53,991 nt of DNA, taken from a virus (lineage: Duplodnaviria > Caudoviricetes). The position numbers and the translations under genes were made by a program. Under the pieces are notes generated by a model that was not told the origin of the DNA, did no database searches, and saw nothing but the letters and a program-made list of their open reading frames with translations. This document shows positions 18,537 through 27,047 of this stretch, piece by piece. The first letter of the stretch is position 1. Each line of letters begins with the position of its first letter. The stretch lies in IMG/VR virus record IMGVR_UViG_3300045999_000337, positions 1 through 53,991 of that record. One strand, written 5' to 3'.

Positions 18537-20885
18537 ATGTCAGCACAAGTCACCATACTTCAACTCCCAGCGGCTGGTGCTATTACAGGCACTGAGGCAG
18601 TTCCTATTGTCCAAAATGGCGTAACGGTGCAGACGACCACGGGCGCGATTGCCGCCGCCCCGTCGCAGGTTTACACCTACCTGACAGTCAACCAGACCCC
18701 GCAACTTCCAAACAGCCGCTACGTTGGCGTGACCAATGGTTTGGTTCTTACTGACGGCGGTGCGCAGGGACTCTTCAATATCAGCACCACAGGCGCTTTG
18801 TTGTCTCTGGTGAACTCTGGTACTGGCTTTCAGGTAAAAACGTCTTCTACAGCCATTACAGGGCGTTCTATCGCTGTTTCTGGCGCTGGTCTGGCAATTA
18901 CTGACGGAGATGGCATTGCAGGCAATCCAACCCTGTCTTTGGCTGGTCAGGTTCAAAACCTTGCAAACGCCAGCTTAAATGGCTTTGTGGTGCTGACAAG
19001 CGCTGGCGCAATCACCTCGACTACCCTGACTGGTACAGCAAACCAGATTAACATTACAAACACCAATGGTGTGGGCAATCCAGTTTTCTCGATTGCTGAT
19101 GACGCGGTGTTCCCCGGCACGGGCGCTATCACCCTCCCCGTCGGAACCACAGGTCAACGCCCCGCTGGTGTTGTTGGCAAGATGCGCTACAACTCCTCCG
19201 ATGGAGCCTATGAAGGCTACTCTGCGGGTGCATGGAGGCAATTCTCTCTTGCTGGTGGCGTCACTGAGGTCAACACTGGCACAGGTCTGACGGGTGGGCC
19301 TATCACTGGTATTGGCACGATTTCGATTGCTGACACCGCTGTTACGGCTGGCGCTTATGGCTCTTCGACTCAGGTCGGAACCTTTACCGTCAACGCCCAA
19401 GGTCAACTGACTGCCGCCGCCAACGTGGCTATCAGCGCTACAGCAATTGGCGCGGTGACCACTGTCAACGGCACGGCAAACGAAATTACCTCGACAGGCA
19501 CAACAACTGTCACGTTGTCTTTGCCTACGGCTTTGACTTTTACAGGTAAAACAGTCACTGGTGGAACCTTTACAGGCACTACCGTAAGTGGAGCCACGCA
19601 GACTGGCGGAACTATCAACAACACCTCAATTGGCGCAACGACTGCCAACTCTGGTGCTTTTACGACCCTAACAGCGTCTTCCAGCGCCAGCGTGGCTGGT
19701 GATACTGTTGCGACACTGACTGCGGTTCAGACCTTGACAAACAAGTCCATGTCTGGTTCTGCAAACACATTTACAAACATTCCCAACAATGCGTTGACCA
19801 ACAACACAATTGTTTTGGGAACGACCACTATTGCCTTGGGTGGCACGTCACTGACCCCTGCTGGATTGACCAGCGTGACGGTGACCCAAAACCCAGTCGC
19901 GGCGCTTGACTTAGCGACCAAGCAGTATGTGGACACTTTGGTTGCTTCTGGAATTCACTTCCATACGCCAGTCCGCGTTGAGTCGCCTACCAATCTAAAC
20001 GCAACGTACAACCAACCGGGCGGGGCTGGAGACGGCGTTGGCGCAACTCTGACAAACGCAGGCACGCAAGCCGCCTTGGCAATTGATGGCATTACCCTTT
20101 CAGTCAACGACCGTGTGTTGATTTACACGCAAACAAACCAAACCCAAAACGGTGTGTACGTTGTGACAGACGTGGGTTCTGGTTCGACAAACTGGGTTCT
20201 GACTCGCTCAACCGACACCGATACTTACGGACTTGTTAGTCCAACAACGCTGGGTGAAGGTTCAACTTTCTTTGTCCAGCAAGGCACAACTGGCGCGGGT
20301 GAGACATACACCTGCAACACTTCTGGCGTTATCGTATTTGGTACAACCAACATTACGTTTGTCCAAATCTCTGCAACACAGATTTATTCCGCTGGCACTG
20401 GCCTGACCCTGACGGGTACGCAGTTCAGCATCAGCAACACTGCGGTCTCCGCAGGCGCGTATGGCTCTGCCACGCAAGTGGGAACCTTCACAGTCAATGC
20501 ACAGGGTCAGTTGACTCTGGCAGGCAACACCACAGTGACTCCAGCGGTCGGTTCTATCACTGGACTGGGTACAGGTGTCGCAACTGCCTTGGCAATCAAC
20601 GTAGGCTCTGCTGGTGCTTTTGTGACGTTCAATGGTGCGCTAGGTACACCAAGTTCTGGTACTCTAACGAATGCGACAGGGTTGCCTCTTACGACGGGTG
20701 TGACTGGCACGCTACCGATTGCAAACGGCGGAACAAATTCAACTGCAACACCAACAGCAGGTGGCGCGGCTTATGGAACTGGAACTGCCTTTGCGTTTAC
20801 GGCGGCAGGCACAGCGGGTCAAGTATTAACATCGGCAGGGTCAGGCGCACCAGTGTGGTCGGGCATCTCTGGCGGAACATTCTGA
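18537..20885 (+). CDS. Tail fibre protein
   Basis: Gly/Thr-rich; duplicated AGAYGS.TQVGTFTVNAQGQLT; LSVNDRVL..QT..QNGVYVV; GTLPIANGGT fibre motifs. Confidence 0.8.
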   Translation: MSAQVTILQLPAAGAITGTEAVPIVQNGVTVQTTTGAIAAAPSQVYTYLTVNQTPQLPNSRYVGVTNGLVLTDGGAQGLFNISTTGALLSLVNSGTGFQVKTSSTAITGRSIAVSGAGLAITDGDGIAGNPTLSLAGQVQNLANASLNGFVVLTSAGAITSTTLTGTANQINITNTNGVGNPVFSIADDAVFPGTGAITLPVGTTGQRPAGVVGKMRYNSSDGAYEGYSAGAWRQFSLAGGVTEVNTGTGLTGGPITGIGTISIADTAVTAGAYGSSTQVGTFTVNAQGQLTAAANVAISATAIGAVTTVNGTANEITSTGTTTVTLSLPTALTFTGKTVTGGTFTGTTVSGATQTGGTINNTSIGATTANSGAFTTLTASSSASVAGDTVATLTAVQTLTNKSMSGSANTFTNIPNNALTNNTIVLGTTTIALGGTSLTPAGLTSVTVTQNPVAALDLATKQYVDTLVASGIHFHTPVRVESPTNLNATYNQPGGAGDGVGATLTNAGTQAALAIDGITLSVNDRVLIYTQTNQTQNGVYVVTDVGSGSTNWVLTRSTDTDTYGLVSPTTLGEGSTFFVQQGTTGAGETYTCNTSGVIVFGTTNITFVQISATQIYSAGTGLTLTGTQFSISNTAVSAGAYGSATQVGTFTVNAQGQLTLAGNTTVTPAVGSITGLGTGVATALAINVGSAGAFVTFNGALGTPSSGTLTNATGLPLTTGVTGTLPIANGGTNSTATPTAGGAAYGTGTAFAFTAAGTAGQVLTSAGSGAPVWSGISGGTF

Positions 20886-20896
20886 GGAAATAGAAA

Positions 20897-23206
20897 ATGG
20901 CACAAGCAGGATACACCCCAATTCAACTGTATTACAGCACCACTGCGTCTGCTGTACCTACTGCTGGCAACCTGAACAGCGGTGAGTTGGCAATCAACAT
21001 CACTGATGGCAAGCTGTACTACAAGAGCAATGCTGGCGTAGTAACTTTGCTTGCTGGTGCAACGGCAGGCCCAGCAGGCGGCTCCAACACTCAGGTTCAG
21101 TTCAACAGTTCTGGCGCATTGGCTGGTTCTTCAAACATGACATTCAACGGCACTACGCTGACTGTTAACGACCTGACCGATTCTTCTTTGACTGCCACTC
21201 GTGTTGTGTATGCAGGTGCGTCAGGTAATTTAGTTGACTCTGCCAATTTGACGTTTAGCGGTAGCGCGCTTGCTGTTACTGGTTCATTTAGCGCAACGAC
21301 AACGATTGCCGCTGGCGGCGCAATTAAATCTACTGGCGCAAACCTTGTAAACGAGGCTAGTGCCGTCAAGTTAAGTCAAGAGGGTGTTTCGACATCCACT
21401 ATCACTGCTTATGGGACGAACGCCTCAACACAAGGCTCTTTAAATATTTCGCTGAAATCTTCGGATGGAAGCGTTCAAAGCACAAGTGCAACATTTAACG
21501 CCACAGGGCTTGGTGTTGGAGTTTCTCCTACCTCAATTTTTAATGCCTCATTTTCTGGCGGTGCTGTTTCTGGTACGCATTCAATGGGGTTTGGCATCCC
21601 CTATGCCGCAAACTTGCAATTGAAAAGCACCAACGCAGGCACATCTGTTGCTGTTGCTTCTGTTGGTCTGTATTCTAATTTAGAGCGCACCAGAGAATTT
21701 GCGTTCTTTAATCAAGCAGATGACACAAGGTCTGGGTACTTGGGTTATCAGTATGTTAGTGGTAGTGCGGTTAATAACTTGACACTGTTTAACGCACTTG
21801 CTGGCGATTTAATTTTTGGCACTAACAACGGAGAACGCGCTAGGTTTAACTCAAGCGGCTACTTGCTAATCGGAACCACTGCCGCTGATACTTCTGGTTC
21901 AGCGTGCCAAGGGCCATTGCAAGTCCAAGGCCCAGTCAACGGGGCGTTGGGAGCAGATGTAGGCCCACACACTTTCGCAGAGTTTGCTGGCGCTCAAGCA
22001 GGTTCAACCCAGACCGATTGGGGTGGTGGTATTACGCTGAAGCCAATTTTCGCTCGCGGTTCTACGGTGTTTTTGGGTGTAACAAGCCAAGGCACAAACA
22101 TGGAAGGCACTCCTAATTTTGTGATTAGGAGTGGCCCATTACAAAATAACACCACTGAAATTTTTCGCATCAATAACGCTGGCGAAACAATTTTAAGTGG
22201 TGGATATGTTCCATCAACAGGTAGCCGTTTGTTTGTTCGTGGCACATCGGCTGGCGGTTACAACAACACCTTCACTGCAACAAATGCAACAGTTTCAATT
22301 GTCAGCAATGAAATGACTGATGGCGCATGGAGCCCCACGCTAAACATTGCCACAGTGCGCCAATCACTTACTACTGGCAGTACCTCTTTTGGCGGTATTG
22401 GTTTCTCCACAGTTGATGATTCAAACAACAGTGGTCAATACGACGCTGGTCGAATTGCGATTGTCAATGAGCAGACATCCACGGTGCTTTCTGCAACTGC
22501 ATTGGCGTTTTATACGCAAGTTGGCGGTGTGTCTAACACCAACGCTTCAACGGAGAGGATGCGCATCAATTCCAGCGGTTTTGTGGGAATCGGCACAACT
22601 TCGCCAGTTGCGGCATTGCAAGTTATTTCTTCAGGAACTGCTGTCACTACCCCTCCGGGTAATGGCGGGATATATATCCAAAATAACGGGGCAAGCGCAT
22701 TCGATGCCGCCGTTTATGTTATTGCTGGACAATCAGGAAACGCAAGACTTAATTGCGGTTACAGCACTGGAGCATCAAACACATCTGTTGTGGCTCAGTT
22801 CTTTTCAGACAACGGTTCAACAAGGGCTGTCGTTGTTGCTGGCGGTTCTGGCGGTGTGTATGTTAGTTCAGGTGGAACCTCTTGGAACTCATTGTCTGAT
22901 GAAAGACTCAAAGACATCATCGAGCCGATTACAAACGCTTCTGCAAGTTTGAAAAATTGGCGTACTGTTATTGGTAAATACAAAACAGATGCAGATGGCG
23001 TTCGTCGTGTTTTCTTTATCGCTCAAGACATTCAGAAAACAACTCCAGAGGCTGTTGATTCAACGAAAGAAGAAGAACTTGGATTGCGTTATTCGGACAC
23101 AATCCCCGTTGTCACTGCCGCAGTCAATGAGCATACAGATGAAATTGCATCCTTGAAAAACATCATCGAAACCCTCAAGGCTCGTTTGGATGCCGCAAAT
23201 CTTTAA
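20897..23206 (+). CDS. Tail fibre/spike with C-terminal intramolecular chaperone (peptidase S74)
   Basis: N-terminal GELAINITDGKLYYK; ERMRINSSGFVGIGTTSP repeats; W..LSDERLKDII autocleavage motif followed by a coiled coil. Confidence 0.85.
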   Translation: MAQAGYTPIQLYYSTTASAVPTAGNLNSGELAINITDGKLYYKSNAGVVTLLAGATAGPAGGSNTQVQFNSSGALAGSSNMTFNGTTLTVNDLTDSSLTATRVVYAGASGNLVDSANLTFSGSALAVTGSFSATTTIAAGGAIKSTGANLVNEASAVKLSQEGVSTSTITAYGTNASTQGSLNISLKSSDGSVQSTSATFNATGLGVGVSPTSIFNASFSGGAVSGTHSMGFGIPYAANLQLKSTNAGTSVAVASVGLYSNLERTREFAFFNQADDTRSGYLGYQYVSGSAVNNLTLFNALAGDLIFGTNNGERARFNSSGYLLIGTTAADTSGSACQGPLQVQGPVNGALGADVGPHTFAEFAGAQAGSTQTDWGGGITLKPIFARGSTVFLGVTSQGTNMEGTPNFVIRSGPLQNNTTEIFRINNAGETILSGGYVPSTGSRLFVRGTSAGGYNNTFTATNATVSIVSNEMTDGAWSPTLNIATVRQSLTTGSTSFGGIGFSTVDDSNNSGQYDAGRIAIVNEQTSTVLSATALAFYTQVGGVSNTNASTERMRINSSGFVGIGTTSPVAALQVISSGTAVTTPPGNGGIYIQNNGASAFDAAVYVIAGQSGNARLNCGYSTGASNTSVVAQFFSDNGSTRAVVVAGGSGGVYVSSGGTSWNSLSDERLKDIIEPITNASASLKNWRTVIGKYKTDADGVRRVFFIAQDIQKTTPEAVDSTKEEELGLRYSDTIPVVTAAVNEHTDEIASLKNIIETLKARLDAANL

Positions 23207-23224
23207 TCACTGAAAGGAAAAATC

Positions 23225-23560
23225 ATGTCAGCAACTATCACTTGGACTATTGAATATATGCAATGTAAACCTGTAGAGGGTTCGTACACTGATGTTGTTG
23301 TTGTCGCAGGTTGGCGCTGTAATGGCTCACAAACAGCCAACTCCGTAAACTATGCGGCATCGGTTTACGGCACAGCTGGTTTCCCCATGCTCGAAGGTAC
23401 ATTCACACCTTACGACCAACTGACTCAAGACCAAGTATTGGGTTGGTGTTGGGCGAATGGTGTGAATAAAACCGCTGTAGAAGCAAGCGTGCAATCATCT
23501 CTTGACCAGCAAATTAACCCGCCAATTGTTCAACCACCTTTGCCTTGGGCTTCGGCATAA
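23225..23560 (+). CDS. Tail-fibre-associated hypothetical protein
   Basis: AAGGA SD; TWTI..DVV...WRC..FTPY.QLTQDQVLGW..PLPW pattern often seen after fibre genes. Confidence 0.65.
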   Translation: MSATITWTIEYMQCKPVEGSYTDVVVVAGWRCNGSQTANSVNYAASVYGTAGFPMLEGTFTPYDQLTQDQVLGWCWANGVNKTAVEASVQSSLDQQINPPIVQPPLPWASA

Positions 23561-23568
23561 TAGAAGAA

Positions 23569-23595
23569 GGGCGAACCGCTGGCCCATAACAGCGG
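23569..23595 (+). promoter_or_regulatory. H-type RNA pseudoknot in an intergenic leader
   Basis: S1 GGGC(23569-72)/GCCC(23582-85); S2 CCGCTG(23576-81)/CAGCGG(23590-95); loops of 3, 0 and 4 nt. Confidence 0.55.
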
Positions 23596-23616
23596 AAATT
23601 TTTAAGGAAAATGGCA

Positions 23617-23775
23617 ATGGAAAAACTGACTCTTTCAACACAACTGGTCAACGGCATTCTTCAGTATTTGGGCAACCAGCCCTATGCTCAAGTTGCTCAA
23701 TTGATTCAAGGCATCCAACAGGAAGCCCAAGCACAAGCCCAGCCTGAGAAGGTTGAGGCTGAACCCGTGAACTAA
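23617..23775 (+). CDS. Small hypothetical protein (52 aa), possibly fibre-assembly related
   Basis: Read manually: AAGGA SD, MEKLTLSTQLVNGILQYLGNQPYAQVAQLI..; alternative ATG 23611. Confidence 0.65.
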   Translation: MEKLTLSTQLVNGILQYLGNQPYAQVAQLIQGIQQEAQAQAQPEKVEAEPVN

Positions 23776-23784
23776 GGGGGAAGC

Positions 23785-24000
23785 ATGGAAGCGGTTCACG
23801 AATTAGCCACCGAGACTGATAAGCGCCTAAGCGTCCACGAGGCGATTTGCGCTCAGAGGTACGAGGGTATTCAGGCCCGCTTCGATGATGGTTCCAAGCG
23901 CATGAACAGGATTGAGTATCTCTTGTACATACTCATTGCTGTCGTGTTGCTTGGCCCCGGCGTTGCCGCCGAGTTTGTTAAAAAACTTTTGGGGATGTAA
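23785..24000 (+). CDS. Small membrane protein (coiled coil plus C-terminal TM), holin/XhlA-like
   Basis: HEAICAQRYEGI..RMNRIE followed by hydrophobic YLLYILIAVVLLG. Confidence 0.6.
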   Translation: MEAVHELATETDKRLSVHEAICAQRYEGIQARFDDGSKRMNRIEYLLYILIAVVLLGPGVAAEFVKKLLGM

Positions 24001-24309
24001 ATGGCTGAAGAATCTTCAAAGCACGCACTCATTGAAAAAGTGGCTTTTGCCATTCTGCCAATCTTGTTTACCTGCGTGGTGTACTTGATGAACTCACTCT
24101 CCCACCTGTCGCACGAGGTCACAGTGCTGAACAACAAAATCAGTCTGGTTGTTACCAGTGACAACAAACAAGCCACCAACACGGGCGCTGAGTTGGCGAG
24201 AGAAAAACTCCGTCAGGACTTAGAAAAAGAAATTCAAAAGAACCGTGATGACATCATGCACAACAGGCAAGACATCGCTGTCATTTACGAAAAAATGAAA
24301 GGCAAATGA
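24001..24309 (+). CDS. Membrane-anchored coiled-coil protein (lysis module)
   Basis: N-terminal TM VAFAILPILFTCVVYLM followed by a coiled coil. Confidence 0.55.
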   Translation: MAEESSKHALIEKVAFAILPILFTCVVYLMNSLSHLSHEVTVLNNKISLVVTSDNKQATNTGAELAREKLRQDLEKEIQKNRDDIMHNRQDIAVIYEKMKGK

Positions 24310-24827
24310 TGATTCCAATAGTTGCGTCACTCCTCGGTACATTGGCTCAGAATGGTCTGGGCCTTTTGTCTTCTGCAATCCAAGCCAAAGGCAAGGAAGT
24401 CGTCGAGAACACGCTAGGCGTGAAGATTTCCGACAACCCGTCTGACGCCGAGGTCGCCAAGTTGCGCCAGCTTCAGTTTGACCACGAAGAGCGTTTGCTT
24501 GAACTGGGTATTGAAAAGGCTCGTATTGAGCAGGAGGAACTCAAAGCCCTCCTCGCCGCGCAAGCCAACCAAGAAGACAACGTCAGCAAGCGCTGGCAGG
24601 CTGATATGTCCTCCGACTCTTGGATGTCAAAAAACATCCGCCCAATGACTCTGGTTTACATCCTGACCGCCTACCTGCTGTTTGCGGGCCTGAGCGCCGC
24701 AGGCATTGATGTCAACGAAGCCTACGTTTCTCTGCTGGGTCAGTGGGGGATGCTCGTGATGACGGCCTACTTTGGCGGTCGTACCGTTGAGAAGGTCATG
24801 GAGATGCGCAAAGGGGGTGACAAATGA
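24306..24827 (+). CDS. Holin (3TM/GTA-type holin-like)
   Basis: RWQADMSSDSWMSKNIRP..YFGGRTVEK signature with TM segments; precedes the endolysin. Confidence 0.7.
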   Translation: MMIPIVASLLGTLAQNGLGLLSSAIQAKGKEVVENTLGVKISDNPSDAEVAKLRQLQFDHEERLLELGIEKARIEQEELKALLAAQANQEDNVSKRWQADMSSDSWMSKNIRPMTLVYILTAYLLFAGLSAAGIDVNEAYVSLLGQWGMLVMTAYFGGRTVEKVMEMRKGGDK

Positions 24828-25165
24828 GCCTGAGCCAAGAACAAGCCGCATTCCTGCTGGATGCCTGCAAACTCATCCAATACGCCACTGAGCAGGGTTT
24901 TATGGTCACTGGTGGGGAGTTAGCCCGAACACCTGAACAGCAGGCTCTGCACGTCAAGGCAGGGCGCTCCAAAACTATGAATTCCATTCACCTCAAGCGC
25001 TGTGCCATCGACTTGAATTTCTTCAAGGATGGGCAGATAATCTGGGACAAGGGCATCCTTGCACCTTTGGGTGCATATTGGGAAACTTTGCACCCTAAAA
25101 ACCGCTGGGGTGGAAACTTTAAATCACTGGTGGATTGTCCACATTTTGAACGAAACGTGGGGTAG
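24824..25165 (+). CDS. Endolysin, peptidase M15 family (L-Ala-D-Glu peptidase-like)
   Basis: RTPEQQ..SKTMNS.H..RCAID..RWGG.F....DCPHFE Zn-binding motifs. Confidence 0.85.
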   Translation: MSLSQEQAAFLLDACKLIQYATEQGFMVTGGELARTPEQQALHVKAGRSKTMNSIHLKRCAIDLNFFKDGQIIWDKGILAPLGAYWETLHPKNRWGGNFKSLVDCPHFERNVG

Positions 25166-25167
25166 AT

Positions 25168-25803
25168 ATGGCAACCGCATCGGTAATGACTTACGACTCT
25201 TTAGTCGAGAACATCCAGTCTTACCTAGACCGAACTGACGCGGATACCCTCGCCAAGATTCCTCTGTTCATTATGTTGGCAGAGCAGATTATTGCCAGCC
25301 AAATTAAGTTCCTTGGCAACCTGACGGTGCAGACATCGACCATGACAATTGGTCAGCCTATCATCGACAAGCCTGCCCGCTGGCACAAGACAGTCTCCAT
25401 GAACGTCACCGTAGCGGGTCAGAAACAGCCTGTATTGCTCCGCAAGTACGAGTACCTACGCGAGTACAACCCAGACGCCACGGTGACTGGTGCGCCAGAG
25501 TATTACGGTGACTACGACTACACCCATTGGCTTGTTGCTCCATCCCCTAATCTGGCGTATGAGTATGAGGTTCTGTACTACGAGAGACTTCAGCCTCTTG
25601 ATTCTTCCAACCAAACGAACTGGTTCACCATCTACGCCCCACAGGCGTTGCTGTATGGGTCTTTGTTGCAGGCTATGCCGTACATCAAAAACGATGAGCG
25701 GATGCCTATGTGGCAACAGAATTACGACCTCATTATTCAGACCTTGAAGTCTGAGGATGTACAGCGAATTGGTGACCGTCAAGCTACTGTATTGGATACC
25801 TAA
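25168..25803 (+). CDS. Probable head-tail adaptor protein
   Basis: MTYDSL...IQSYLDR..IPLFIMLAE..APSP..Y..E..YY..LLYGSL pattern. Confidence 0.6.
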   Translation: MATASVMTYDSLVENIQSYLDRTDADTLAKIPLFIMLAEQIIASQIKFLGNLTVQTSTMTIGQPIIDKPARWHKTVSMNVTVAGQKQPVLLRKYEYLREYNPDATVTGAPEYYGDYDYTHWLVAPSPNLAYEYEVLYYERLQPLDSSNQTNWFTIYAPQALLYGSLLQAMPYIKNDERMPMWQQNYDLIIQTLKSEDVQRIGDRQATVLDT

Positions 25804-25805
25804 CC

Positions 25806-27047
25806 ATGTCATTTAATTCGCCATTCACAGGCAACGTCGTTCAACCGACGGATGTCTCCTATCGCCGCATCATCCTGACAGCCGACTTGCAGTTGGAATG
25901 GCCTATCAACGGCACAACGACTGACGATGCCGCCGCCCGCATCATGGAGGTGTCGACAGTCTCCGCCGCAAACGAATTGTGGATGCCACCTGCCAACCAA
26001 GCATCGGTCGGTCAGGATGCCTTGATTCGCAACGTCGGCGCTGTGGCTGTAACGGTCAAAGACTACACAGGCGCAAACACAATTGTGACGATTGCCGCAG
26101 GTGAAGCCCAATACATCTACATCGTCACCAACGCTACTACCGCAGGTACTTGGGGCATCATTGCTTTTGGTATTGGCTCCTCTGGTGCTGACGCCGCTAC
26201 CCTTGCTGGCTATGGCTTGATTGCCATCGGTCAGACGCTAAATCAGTCTCAGCCAGTAACTACCTTTTCTTCAAACTACACCGCGCTAGACTCTGACCGC
26301 TCAAACACTTATGTGTGGACAGGTGGTGCGGGTACTTTGACGTTGTCAAGCGCGGCTACTCTTGGCGACAACTGGTTCATGTTTTTGCGTAATAGCGGTA
26401 CTGGTGCGTTGACTGTGTCAGGAACTGGTGGCAATACCATCAATGGTTCCGCCTCCTTGGTTTTCCAACCTAGCGACTCAGCAATTATTGTTTGCTCTGG
26501 CACAACTTTCTACACTGTTGGCTTGGGTAAGAACACGCAGTTTGCTTTTACCCAACTGACAAAAGCCGTCACCACTGGAACTTACACCCTGACTGCCGCA
26601 GAAGCGTCAAACGTGGTGCAGAAGTACACAGGAACGCTGACAGGCAACGTCACCATCATTGTCCCCCCGACGGTGCAGGTGTACTACGTTCAGAACGCAA
26701 CAGTGGGTGGGGCAAGCAATTTCACCATTACGCTTACAACTAACACTGGCGGCTCTTCTGCAACGATTGCATCTAATCAGCAAGCCACTTTGATTTGCGA
26801 CTCCGTGAACTTGGTTAACGCCAATACGGTTCTTGCGGGTTCGTCCTCAATTGGTCTGATTAACGGCACAGTAAGTTCTCCTGCTCTGTACTTTGCCTCT
26901 GAGGCATCGACTGGTATATATCGAGCCGCTTCTGGCGAGTTTAATACCGCCATTTTGGGTGTGTTGCGCTCCACGCTTTCGGCGACTGGGCTGGCAATTG
27001 TTGGGACGGGCAACTTTACAGGTGGCGTTTCTGGCGGAGCGTTCTAA
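25806..27047 (+). CDS. Tail structural protein
   Basis: Gly/Thr-rich beta repeats; position in the tail module. Confidence 0.6.
   Translation: MSFNSPFTGNVVQPTDVSYRRIILTADLQLEWPINGTTTDDAAARIMEVSTVSAANELWMPPANQASVGQDALIRNVGAVAVTVKDYTGANTIVTIAAGEAQYIYIVTNATTAGTWGIIAFGIGSSGADAATLAGYGLIAIGQTLNQSQPVTTFSSNYTALDSDRSNTYVWTGGAGTLTLSSAATLGDNWFMFLRNSGTGALTVSGTGGNTINGSASLVFQPSDSAIIVCSGTTFYTVGLGKNTQFAFTQLTKAVTTGTYTLTAAEASNVVQKYTGTLTGNVTIIVPPTVQVYYVQNATVGGASNFTITLTTNTGGSSATIASNQQATLICDSVNLVNANTVLAGSSSIGLINGTVSSPALYFASEASTGIYRAASGEFNTAILGVLRSTLSATGLAIVGTGNFTGGVSGGAF

Noticed and set aside
18537-23206. Diversity-generating retroelement acting on tail fibres
   Set aside because: No reverse transcriptase and no template/variable repeat pair differing only at adenines was seen
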